Assembly: GCA_964270895.1 (NCBI GenBank)
Contig: OZ185450.1
Reading direction: 5' to 3' (one strand)
Source: Podarcis filfolensis
Taxonomy: Eukaryota
Length of the DNA stretch: 64,000 bases
Below the pieces are notes generated by a model. The model was given only the letters and a program-made list of their open reading frames with translations. It was not told the DNA's origin and ran no database searches. Shown here piece by piece: positions 1 through 11,700 of the stretch; position 1 is the first letter of the stretch, and each line of letters begins with the position of its first letter. The position numbers and the translations under genes were made by a program.

Positions 1-202
1 GCTGCTATCCTGAAAAATGTTCAGGCAGGCAGATACCAGTTCCATGTCTCTGCAATGACAGGCCCTCAATAAATTATGTCCATCTCTATTAGGAGCATGC
101 AGAGTGAAGACACTGGGCATGCTCAAGTAATTCCCAAATGGCAACTGCAAAGGAAGACCTGGCACCCTACGCAACAAGGGGATCTGTTTTACATTAAACT
201 AA

Positions 203-545
203 GGTAAAGGTAAAGGGACCCTGACCATTAGGTCCAGTCGTGGCCAGCTCTGGGGTTGCGGCGCTCATCTCGCTTTATTGGCCGAGGGAGCCAGCGTACA
301 GCTTCCGGGTCATGTGGCCAGGATGACTAAGCCGCTTCTGGCAGCGCACGGAAACGCCGTTTACCTTCCCGCCAGAGCGGTACCTATTTATCTACTTGCA
401 CTTCGACGTGTTTTTGAACTGCTAGGTTGGCAGGAGAAGGAACTGAGTAACGGGAGCTCACCCCGTCGTGGGGATTTGAACTGTCGACCTTCTGATTGGC
501 AAGTCCTAGGCTCTGTGGTTTAAGCCACAGCGCCACCAGCATCCC
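203..545 (-). mobile_element. Sauria SINE (Squam1/POM-type), full length
   Basis: tRNA-like head (reverse complement GGGATGCTGGTGGCGCTGTGGCTTAAACCACAGAGCCTAGG), TTTACC tail repeats, and a 12-bp TSD ACATTAAACTAA at 191-202 and 546-557. Near-identical to the copy at 61852. Confidence 0.92.
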
Positions 546-557
546 ACATTAAACTAA

Positions 558-810
558 TATTGTTATTTATTAGATTTCTATACCACCCTTCATCCAAAGA
601 TCACAGGGCAGTTCACAATATAAAAACACAATGATAAATACCATAATAACAAGCAAAAACAATTACCCTCCCCATTTAAAAGGCCAAAGATTGTTGAATT
701 AGCCAAAGGCCTGGGAGAAGAGGAATGCTTTCGCCTGGCACCTAAAGAAATGTAACAAAGGTGCTAGGTGAGCCTCCTTGGGGAGGGCATTCCAATGTTA
801 TAGTGTCATG
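558..810 (-). mobile_element. L2-type LINE 3' end fragment
   Basis: ttatttattagatttctataccacccttc tail followed by aggcctggg...tttcgcctggcacctaaag...ggggagggcattcc, typical of squamate L2 3' ends (family from recall). Confidence 0.6.
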
Positions 811-1044
811 AATAATTTGACCTAGTAGACCCCTTGTGAACCTTTGGATTATGTATGGATAGGTGATTACGAACTGCACAATAACCATAATGTGATGTTT
901 GGTACAGGAGTCTCCCTCAAGGCTGATAAAATAGATTGAGAGTGAGTGAACTTTGAAAGAATATTGGGTGACAAAGGCTGGGGAAGACCCCAGTCTCAAA
1001 CTCAGAGCTGCTCACAGTTGTAGACCAAGCAAAGCCAATGTATG

Positions 1045-1155
1045 GCCTTCTGTAAGTTACTGAACTACCACTCCCGCCAGCCCCCGACAGCCAAGCAAAT
1101 GGCCAGGGTTGATGGGAGCTGTAGTCCAACAACATCTAGAGGACACCATGTCAGC
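1045..1155. mobile_element. ~130-bp palindromic MITE, degraded copy
   Basis: gaactaccactcccgccagcc...gatgggagctgtagtccaacaacatctagagg; self-complementary and homologous to five other copies in the window. Confidence 0.7.
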
Positions 1156-2010
1156 TCTTTCACTCAGGGCAATCATTCCAATAAGTTTCACCAAGTCTTG
1201 TGCTTCTTAAGAAAAGACAGGGTGCACTTTTAGCAATAAGGTTATGGGTTAAAATTTAGGCAAATGGAATTTGTATATTAAAGTTATTTTATCAACTCAG
1301 TTACTAGTCTGTGATACTGGATCCTACTTTAAAATCTGGGGGACGTGAAAGCTGTCAAGCTGTTTGAAGGAAGAGACGCAAAACAGGTGAGTGGGGTGAG
1401 CTTGCTCGTCTGTTCTGACCATGGCCAGGGAGAGCCCATTGCAGTGAAGCATGTGTTTGGAAGCTTGCTAATGAAAGGCTTCCTGGTGACCTATGACACG
1501 ACAGATTACTCCGTGGAACTGCCTCAGCATACTAAATGTCTTACGCCTCTCTTGCATACCTGAGAGATTCCCTGGGAATGGCAGGCATTACAATTAAAAC
1601 AACATTTGGGCCACAATTTCCAAAGCCAGATTCCTCTGGAATGTTTCGTTCTGACTGTCGGAAATACTGGTTGCTGAAATGCAGCCGTTCCTCTTGTTCT
1701 GCTCTGATATGCCTGCTGTTTTTGCTGGGTTTGGGGAATAGCTGGATGCCCAGGCCTGCAACAATTGAATGCTAAATTCGCAGCAGAAATGACAAGGCTA
1801 GACATCCCTTCGAGTCTTAAAAATCATGGCATATTTATGAGATCAGTCCACTTGAAGCATTAGTCCTCCAACCCCCTAAAAAAAAACTTTATCTCTGGCT
1901 CCCTCATTTCTCTGCCCGCCCCCTCCGCCCCCTGCCTTTCCTCCCAGGCTTGCCTTGCCACTCAGCACAGCGCTGCTGAGAGAAAAGATAAACAGGAATG
2001 CAATACCAAC

Positions 2011-2043
2011 CGTGAACTGCCGGTTCTGTCGTCGCCGTTGTGT
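2011..2043 (-). CDS. CADM1: CADM1 alternative exon 9 (33 nt): DTTATTEPAVH
   Basis: Acceptor ttcccgtgtgtag|ACACAACG; donor GTTCACG|gttggt; phase 1-1. Peptide is identical to the recalled mammalian 11-aa cassette. Confidence 0.93.
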
Positions 2044-2093
2044 CTACACACGGGAACAGAGGTTTGGAGGAAGGGAAGAAACAGGAGGAACAG

Positions 2094-2724
2094 CATGCAA
2101 AAAAAGGGAAATGGAAAAAATGGAACAGATAATATATGAGCAAGCTTTCAAAGAACATTGCGTGACAAGCAATAATAAAATGAAAGGCAAAAAGCATTTG
2201 AAGTGAGTTGCACTGTTTTAAAGAGACATGCCTTGAGCTTAAAAGCTGTGAGCCTGAGGGGGGTGGGGTAGGGAACCCTTGTTTGCTTTGGTTCTGGAGA
2301 TTTGCCAGCAGGGATGCTTTCTGGTGGTCAAGAGTTAGGGAGACATGCAAAGTGGGGAGAAACACCAGAGCCACCTGCTCCGTGGGGAAGTGAGCACAGG
2401 GACATCAAAGGGCTCCAGGCTATGAAAGCAGAGGCAAGTCTTGAAGAAGCTTTCATACATTCAAACATTGCCTTTGCAAAAGACATTCCCTTCTATGTGG
2501 GAATGCCAGAGGAGTCAGTGCATTACCTGGCTGCCGGGGTCTCCTTTCCCTTTTGTCATGCACATAATACCTGTGGATGCTATGCAACATTCTGCATCCA
2601 CCTGATCCCGGGGAATACCAATGATAGGAAGTCTCCCAAGAATGAATGCATACAACGCCATTGCATTCACGCTGCAAAACAGGTCATCATTGAGGAGGTA
2701 GCCTTGCCTCTAGCAAGTCATGCA
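2094..2724 (-). promoter_or_regulatory. Cluster of four TGCATG (RBFOX-type) intronic elements upstream of exon 9
   Basis: CATGCA on the plus strand at 2094, 2344, 2557 and 2719. Confidence 0.5.
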
Positions 2725-4372
2725 TAGTTTAGATAAAGAGATACATATATAAAGACGACAGAACAGATTCCATCTTTGCAAACTGAAGAAAAGCTTTCTG
2801 CAAAGATCTCAATCTCTAGAGAGTGCTCTGTGGACCAGATACTGAGAAGAACTGTGAACATTTCCACAAGTTTCCTGTTGCTTGGGATGTAACTAGAAAA
2901 TGAAAGGGCACCCCAGTTCTAGCAGACTGTGCCGTTCTTGGTTCATTTTAACAGCACGTAGGCTACAAGCATGACAGACTCCAGTGCTTGTGGAACTAAG
3001 TGGGTTGTCAAACGTACTCCTACCTTAGGGCTGTGAATGCACCAAAAAGAGGAACATTCCTAGATGGGACGTCCTCTGGCAGCCTTGCCCTCTGAAGCTT
3101 TACTGAGCGAGCCCAGTCCCGGTATCAGGTGTCTCTTTGGGTGTAGAGGATGCTATGTATTCTCCATGTACCTCGCTGGAAAAGGTCTTCCCTACCTTTC
3201 CAAGTCTTGGGTTTCTGGACCTTCTGAAGCATCCCCAAAGGGTGTAAAAAATTCTTATTCAAAGACTATTTGTATATGTCAAAACATACGTTAGACATAT
3301 TGCTTTTGCCTAGCTTTGCCCACGGTTCAGCCATGACAACAAAAATTACAACATAAATCAGCTAAGCCTTCACTTGTTCAGCAACATTAGAATCCTAAGG
3401 AGGGCGGGAGTAGAGAACTTTTTTTGGGGGGGGTAATAGGTTGCCTTCCTCCATGGGTAAACTAGCACCCAAGAGTGGACCCACCCCCTATTCTCTCTCT
3501 AGGGGGCTGGGGCTTGCCTTCAACAGAGAAAGACCCTGGAAGGAAAGTTAATTCACTGGAAGAAAAATGCTTGAAGTCGTTTCAGGCAAAGGTGTTCAAC
3601 TTCTTTTCTACTCTCCTAACTTTCATCACCGTGCAGAAAATATGGCTATGCACACAGCTAGCACTGAAACAAAGTGGGCTGCCTGAGGATGGACAGAGGC
3701 TCAGTCCCTCTCCAGGCAGCTTGCTTGGCTTCCATGATGAGCAGGATGAAGAATGTTATGCCACGCTGGCCATAGGATCAGTGCTGGACATGCAGCCCCT
3801 TCCCTAAAGGTCAGAAGAGTGGGCAGGGGGCTGTGGAGGAAAGACTTGTGGGCCAGATCCAGCTTGTGAGCTAGCGCTTTGCCATCTGTGCTGGAGGAGT
3901 TGGACATAAAGGGTCCTGTCCCCCTTTCCATTTCAGCAACAAACGGATATACCTTTAGCTCCACACATGTGGGTTGGGGCCATAGGACTGGTGAGGCGGC
4001 TGTTCTGGGAGCAGCTCGAAAAGTGCTAAGTGTTCAGAGTTTCTGCAGCGCAGCACAAACAAGGCCATTTACCTCAAAAGAAGGTTTGGGAGGTTCCTCT
4101 TTAGTTCAGCACAGGCAATGTTTAAATGAACAAAAGAATAGCTTTCTGCAAGGCTCCACAACATGTAATTGAGTTCATAAACTACCCTAGAACTTGAGCT
4201 TTTCTATTATTACAGAAGACAAGCCCATGGAGGTGTTTCTCCACAGTTGACATGCCACCCTCAGAATCCAGAGACGGCCAGACTTTCCGCTTAATAGAAA
4301 GCAGGGGCCATTTCCCCTTTGCAATCAAACAGAGGACAATGCATACTTAACTTTCCAGAGCAAGGGTTAGAC

Positions 4373-4414
<42 letters not shown>
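4373..4414 (+). repeat. (AAT)14 microsatellite
   Basis: Perfect trinucleotide run; explains the poly-Tyr ORF 4347..4529. Confidence 0.95.
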
Positions 4415-4416
<2 letters not shown>

Positions 4417-7400
4417 AGGTACATAATCCACATGGGGGGGAAATACATGATACTTACAGGCTGGCACATTTTAAAATATTGAAGGAAAAGCAACACCCCC
4501 TTGCACAATTGAAATAGGTGTTTTATCAAGATTTATATGACAGCAATTCACCTATAGCACATCTTATCCTCCATTCTAACACAGATAGTTTTCCACTTTG
4601 CAATCCAATCTAACACACAGTTCAGGACCACCAAGCTCCTGTTCTCACATTGGGAGCTTTGGCAAAATTAAAGCATCAAAAATGCTTGACAGTTAATGAA
4701 ACAGAAGTTTGAGGCCTGCCCCTTTCATCCTCAATTGCATAGCCTACAATGTCTCAGTTTAACTGGTGGGGGATTCAAAGGTGTAAAGGAAAGGTCAGAG
4801 GGGATGCTAGGATTAAATTGGATGAGCTGTGTATTAACGCCTGAAATTTCATGCTCTCCCCAGAATAATTGACTAACCTGTTTCCTCTGTGTGTCTGTTT
4901 ATGTATGTGGGAAATTATGTGAACTTCCGGTTCAAAATTAAACCGTGCTGAAATCAGAACTTCTGCTCATATGCTGGAAAAAGATTATTAGTCAAGGAAC
5001 AGTGTTCCGTGTGGACAGTGCAGCTCGCTTTTCCCATCCAGGGACAGAGATCAGCAGGTAACAAACAAACAAAAATGAAACACAAAGTTCTCAAGCAGTT
5101 AAAAGGCGAACAAATATTCAAAGTCAAACAACATCATGTTGGCTGCAGCTGGAATGGCAAAGTTATGATTAGCAGATGGGCTGGGTGATCACAGTGGGAA
5201 ATAAAGCAGTTAATGATTAAAAGGTGCACTGCCTTGAAGTCCAACTCAGTCTAGGCCATCTTCCCAAATGAGCTCCTGGTTTAGCAAGGGCATTCATGCT
5301 GATTATATATATATATGTATAACTTTCTTAAGGCACTTTACAGTGATGTCCAGGAACAAATGGCTTCATTTTCAAAAGCAGAAAGCAACACATAGAAGAA
5401 GAAGAATGGTCCCCCCACTCCATCCCACCCCACTTTGAAAGGAGGAATTACTACCTGCTTTGTCTCCTTGGGGTAAGGAACTAAGGAACAGATCAAAAAT
5501 AATCTGCCAGAAATTCTGTAGTACCGTACGGTCCCACAAGTGACAGAGGGGACAAAAGGAGTCTATTTGCTAACAATACTATGGCATACCCCGTTCACAA
5601 AGCCACTAGTTCATGTAAAACAACAGCATAAGAGTGAATCAATTGTCTGTCCGGTCTTAAAGAGCAGTGACAAACTTAAAATTTACTGAGGATGTGGAGT
5701 AAAAATAATAATAGAAGCATGTCCCCCATTTCTCAGCATCTCCCTTCTTTCCCTCCCACCACCCCATCTATGTGTGTACCAGCCATGTGTTTGCTTTTCA
5801 AATATAATCCAAACATTGTAACTGGGGAAAGAGTAGCCCAGCTGCGGGAAAACTGCATTCCAAGTATCAAGATGCTTTTTATCTCAAGTGTTAGAAACTC
5901 TTTATAATAAAAATAAACATAACCAGATACCAAAGACATTAAATATTTTGTCATAGATGATGTTATCTTACAAAGTGGGGGGGGGGAGATGGCATTGTCT
6001 ATCCCTTGGGATATCAGTCATTTAACATGGTCAGTGTAAAAGAACTACCCACCCCCCTAACAAGCCAGCCTCTGAGACAGCTGGGCAATATTAAGTTGAA
6101 ACAGTGGCATTCAAACTCCTTGGTGGCACATTCTAATCCATTCAGATGGCTTCTCTCCAACTTAAAATTGTTCACTGAGTGTGACAGACTGGGGGGTTTA
6201 AAAACTAATCCATAAAATTAGTCCACAGTCTCTAACAGAATGGGTTCCGTAAATGAAAATCCAAGGACAGTTTTTTTTTAAAAAAAGTCCTAAATCTGTT
6301 GCCAGCCTATAGAATCTAGGCAACTTAACTGCTCCTGCTTTGAGAAACTATGCTTTCCCCAGAGTAGTAACTGTTTGTATAATTATCACCTACCTGAGAT
6401 GCCATGCTGCAATCAAAGCATGCTATTAAGACATAATCTTGCATTTATTTGTTTTTTAAAAAGAAGAAAAAGCGGGTAATTTGACATAGAATTTGCCCAC
6501 AGAGCTTAAAGAGCTGCCATTCTGGGTCAAGATTATTGAGCTCAAGCACCCTATGGCTGGACAATCATTTGCCCCTGGGATGCTTAGAAGAATGCATGAT
6601 GGAAACAGATCTATAGGTGGCTGTAAAAAGCAGGACATAGTCAAAATCTTCCATTTATTCCCACCTGTCTCAGCTCCTTCGATCTGTATTATGTTTCAGT
6701 TAAACTAGACAACTGCAGGATTTGCAGGGCAGAAAGAACACAGAAGCAGGGATGTAACAGGCCTAGACAGAGTGAGCAGAACCACCCTGAAAGGAAGAGG
6801 GCAGGAGATGCCCCGTCTCACGCTGCTGCCGGAACAAGAGCACGCTATGCAAAACAGCACTTCCAAGCGGGAACGTTGGAAGAGGCGTTTTGTACAGCAT
6901 CTTGCTTGTACTACACCCACGAGATAGCTTCATTTGCAGACCAGATGTTTCACAAAAATAATCAGGATCCGTTTAGTAGTTTTGTGTAGCATAGAAAATT
7001 ATTTTTTGAAGCATGGAACTGCATATTGGGCAGAGATTTAACGCTTCATTCCACACAGCTCTCCATCCAGGCCTCCAGCCTAGTGAAATGAAGCATCCTT
7101 GAGTGAACATGCAAAAGCACCTTAGCGCTGGCGTTGGGGGAAACAAAAAGCAATTTTAATCAAAGGTCACCCAATCCCAGCTGGAATGTCTCCTGTGCAA
7201 GTCCCAATGCAGCAAATAGGAGTTGCACAATGAACCTAGAAGAATTGTCCCCCCCCCTTTTTTTGCAGGGGAGAGGGGTTCGAGGAAGCCAGTTCAGTGT
7301 ACCCAACATTTGCTGTCCTCAGCAGCTGATCCAAGAGGACAGGTGGGACCAATCCTGTCGACACAGCTGACTGGCCAGAAGTGGGGTAGCAGAAGCCAAG

Positions 7401-7908
7401 GTAAACTGTACATTTCTTTTACAATTCCAGGAGCTTCCAGGTATGCTAGGAATGAAATGAGAAGCCATCAGAATACATGGAAGCTTAATATTATTGAAGC
7501 TGCCTTTCCCCCTTCAATTCGAGAAGTTTTCTTTCAATGCATAAGTGAAACTGGTTTCCTCAGAGCAAGGGTTTGATTCCATAAAAAAGGGGAGAAAATG
7601 CTCTTGCTGGTTCTTGGCTGTGCACTGGCAGCAGAAAGAGCTTCTCCTACTTATTTCTTCCCAGGTGTATGGGGCTCTACCTCCTCCTCTCTTCCCTTTT
7701 AATGTGGTCACACAGTGGATGAAAATGTCAGGAGATCGCAACATCAACTCTAAATTAACTTGACATTTTACCAGAGACACAAGGAAGCCTCCACAGAAAG
7801 CCAAGATGATACAATAAATAATTTGCGGGAACTGAAGGTTATGCCAGTCTGTGAAATGCTCCTGGGAACCAAACGCCTGTCTCGGGGGATGTACAAAGGC
7901 CACCTTTG

Positions 7909-8049
7909 CAGCCTTCACCAAGCTGGTGCCCTCCAGATGTTTCGGACTACAACAGCCATCAGTCCCAGCCAGCAGTGGTGTAAGATGACCTCGGGGCTGA
8001 TGGCAGCCACAAACCAAACCATCTGGAGGAAACCGGCTTGGCCAACCTG
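7909..8049. mobile_element. ~140-bp palindromic MITE
   Basis: Arms cagccttcaccaagctggtgccctccagatg / catctggaggaaaccggcttggccaacctg. Confidence 0.75.
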
Positions 8050-8534
8050 CTGTGGAGAAGGAAACATGTGCCACACCACAATAATCAGTCTGGTAGAAGA
8101 ACAGTGGTTGCTTCTTCTGAATTTCTGAAAAATGGGAAGGAGTGATTCCAAACATTTACGTCCATTAAATATTTGTAGTGCAAATATGCACAAAAAACTC
8201 TCAAACAAATTTATCCAAATCTCACAACCAAAAAAAGAAGATTGAGTCAAATGTCTGAAGCAAGGTTTTGATAACGCTAATGTGATTCTTCCCTTGTATA
8301 TTGTGACAGTAAGCACCAAATTAAAAGGTGAAGTGAGCAGGTTTGGGCCTCCAATGAATCAAATGCGGGGTTGTGTTGGGTCAAATATACCATTTTAGAC
8401 AGTCTGGCACTAATTTGATTTACAAGACATTCAAATACTTATTTTAGATCCTCGGGTGAAATACCTCAAGTCCTTTGCTGAAGTACATCTCTAAAAACAT
8501 AGGAAAAGCCTGCAAGATGAAACCCAGGTGGGCC

Positions 8535-8760
8535 CATCTATTCCAGCATCTGGCAGCTACCCACAGTGGAAGACCTGAAGTTCCCCAAAAGCCTGCAATA
8601 AGTTCATGAAAGCAATAACTCTCTGCCACTGGTGCTCCTCTGCCACCATGCTCAATACCCAATGACAGACCAATTGTCCTCCAGGAATTTGTCTAATTCT
8701 CCCTTTAAAGCTCATCTTGCAACAGCAGATTCCACAAATTAATGATGCATTGTCTGAATC
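8535..8760 (-). mobile_element. CR1-group LINE fragment, degraded
   Basis: cccatctattccagcatc...tcctccaggaatttgtctaattctccctttaaagc is reverse-homologous to 44765-44900 and 47775-47962. Confidence 0.55.
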
Positions 8761-11700
8761 TATTGCCCATTAATTCCACTGCATCTGTTGTTTAAAGTGG
8801 GTGGAGGAAGACTAGTACATGAACATTTTTGTAACCTTCTTGCTTTCTTAACACCACACCATCTCAGTCTGGTTTTTGTTTTTTTAAAAACCATAATGTT
8901 GTTTTACAGGAAGGAAAACAGATAACATGTTCAGTGAGAGTGAGTTTTGGAGGAATCACGAAGTTGCTTGTGATTGTGCTGGTGCCCCTGCTGAAGACAT
9001 AATGGAATCTCCATCCTAGGCATGATCCAACATGCCAGTTCCAGCACTAGGGACTCCATGGGAAGATGCTGAAGATGTCTTTTGTTCTATTAGCACAGAA
9101 ACCAAGAGACAAACAGGGGAGGCTGCAAGCCCATGCCTGCACTTACAACACATGAACAAGCACCAATGTACTTGGTGGAAGAACAATTGGTCTATCAGAG
9201 GAGGAGGAGGAAAGATAAACTGAACACACACACACACACACAATGTGCTTTGCCCCAAAGAAAAGAAGGGTTTATTTTTAAACAAATATTAAGAACTTTT
9301 TAATTATCTCGCAGAAAATAACAGCTGTCCAAATGGAACATTTCAAGGGAAGACTCCAGGGGCAATTTAAATTATGCAGCTTGCTCTGCCATATCATATT
9401 GTATGTCTTAATGAATAAAGCCACAAGGACATTTTTGAAGTGATATAAAAGGGTGGTGGGTTTTTTATGGGGTTGGGGGGAAGCGGTGCTGCTTGCCAGG
9501 GAGAGGGCCAAACACAAAACGAATCGAACCCGTGATAGACAAAGGGTTACCCAGTCAAATTATCACATGACATGCTGGGAAACGGATCTCTAGTTAGGGG
9601 AAACTTGGTGGGGAGAGCATGAAGCATCCAGAGACTAGCCATCAAAGGCCAATGGAAAAATCATTCTTAATTACAATGTGGGCAAGAAATAAAATAATTT
9701 ACTGTGCTTCATCAGCAGTGCTGGAGTTCCTCTGCAGGCACAACTAACTGGGGTCAGGCTTGAAAGAAGGCATTTGGGACTGATAACTGCAGGCTTCTAG
9801 CATAAAACAAATGACATTGCAACTATACTGTTAAATTGCCCCCACTCCAGGGACTATGACAAGGGGCTGCCAAGAACAGTGGGATCATTATCACCTGCCC
9901 ATTTTAATTTGAAGAGCTTGGGGCTTTATGAAGGTCACCCATAGCACCCAAACTTGAATCTGAGGTATTTTACACCCACTGGACTTTGCAAGCCTCTATG
10001 TGTTTGTATATATAGGTTTTAAGCAGGTGGCAATGTGGGAAGGGGTAAGAGCAACAGCAGAAATGATCTGTTGCCCCTTGAGGCTTTTAGGAAAGCATTT
10101 TTCCCTGTGACTACTGCATAAAATGTTGGTAATTATGCTAATTTCATTTGGAGAATGGTTTTCGGTTACACAAACCTTTAGCACGGAAGGAAGAAAATAC
10201 ATTCCTGGAGTTTTATACCGACATTTAATCATTGGTGTTTGGCTGCTGAAGCTTTTAAGGCTAATGGGTGGCTCTAAAGTACTACAGAATGCAGCGAGAG
10301 AACGGAAATTCATTTCTGTACCCATTTGTCAGGCAATAATATACAAGGCAAATTTAAGCAGGCAGCCTACTCTCTTGCGGAAAAGGAGAAGGAGGGGGGC
10401 ATTCGGTTCTCTAACCTTTCATCTGTTTGAAGAGAGAGAGCCCAAGTTAAATTCCATGCAGGAAGATATCAAGCCTTCAGGATAAGATAAATACCTACGC
10501 AGCTTGTCTGCTAAGACACAGCAACTCTGCAAGATCCCATCCATCACGGAAAAGGGGGGGGGGGGAGAATGAAAGAAGGGATTTGACAAAGTTGTCCTAG
10601 TGGCAATCTCAGCTTAACTATGCCTCAGTGCCAGATCATTTGTTACCACCACAAGGGCACTTTGTGCCTAGGGAAGATGTAGCTCTTGAGAAACTGTATG
10701 CAGAAGATATAAGATGGCTGGTGCGTGGATGAAATGCCTTGAGTTAAAGCAAAGGGTCCAGAATTACCTTCCGAGGAGGCCAGACGTTGGCTTAAAGAAG
10801 AGGGGTGGGGTGGGGGAAAACAGTTGCTTAAATCCAACTAAAAGCCAGGGATTACCTGTGGCCACAATCAGGAGCCCCAATTGGTCCCATTCACTGTTTT
10901 AATCTTCTGCTGAAAGAGCAAAGCATAAGATACCAAAACCCACATTTCAACAAAGATGTCTACTACTTACCTGAGTTTTGGGACCCATTATGCTGACAGG
11001 CCCTGAGCTAGCACCATTATATCTACTTTAAAGTGTGCAAATGATCTGAAGCCCTCCAACTCATTTGTATAGAAGGATTGCAACATTTTTGTTAATTGGT
11101 ATTTAACACCTTTAATTGCCCAAAATGCCATCAGCTAAAAAAGAAGAACCATATATATTTAAAGTAAGTGCTTATAAAAACTGCAGAGGGAAATTACACC
11201 ACCTGAAAAGAGGCAATGTCCATTCTCTTACACATATAGGAGGAAATGTGTGCTGTGTCACACACACTTGTTATCTAGGAAGAAAGAGCTTTTTGCTTCA
11301 TAAATATAGTTTTCACCCGTATATGAGTTTATGAGACATTAATCAATGGACAACTCATAGGAGTAATCAATTAATTTCTCTCTCACACACAAACACACAC
11401 ACAAATTAACATACACACACAAGAAGCCTGTGGATTCTGGGAAGAGATGGAAGATTCCTATTCATCAGAAGAGTCTTACAGGGGAAAGGGTCTGTTGGGT
11501 TCCTGATTGTGGCTGAAGGTAATATAAAGAGTGATGTGGAAAAAAGAGGAAGGGAAGGACACACCACACAGCCAATCACGAAGAAGATTGCATCTTGTCT
11601 GCAACATTTCCTGCAATGAAACTGAGCCATATTATCAGCTTATGTGGAATTAAACTGATAAAGCTTAAAAAGAAGGGGGAAATTCTTCTAAAAAAAAGAT

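Noticed and set aside
1-2010. Search for the 54-nt cassette exon and transmembrane exon of CADM1
   Set aside because: No matching peptide or splice-bounded segment found; they presumably lie left of the window.
1904-2374. 156-aa minus-strand ORF
   Set aside because: Only the 33-nt exon 9 inside it is credible; the rest is polypyrimidine-derived low-complexity translation.
2302-2727. 141-aa plus-strand ORF with protein-like composition
   Set aside because: No family recognised; antisense to CADM1 within an intron flank with splicing motifs; no promoter or splice support.
4347-4529. Poly-Tyr ORF (also the CVCV/HTHT ORFs near 9016, 23481-23923 and 37271)
   Set aside because: Translations of microsatellites.
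6822-6844. Minus-strand microexon candidate TTTTGCATAG|23 nt|GTGAGA
   Set aside because: 23 nt breaks the frame, the pyrimidine tract is short, and there is no independent support.
7514-8155. Longest ORF in the track (213 aa, minus strand)
   Set aside because: No recognisable domain; overlaps a palindromic MITE; no splice context. Consistent with a chance intronic ORF.
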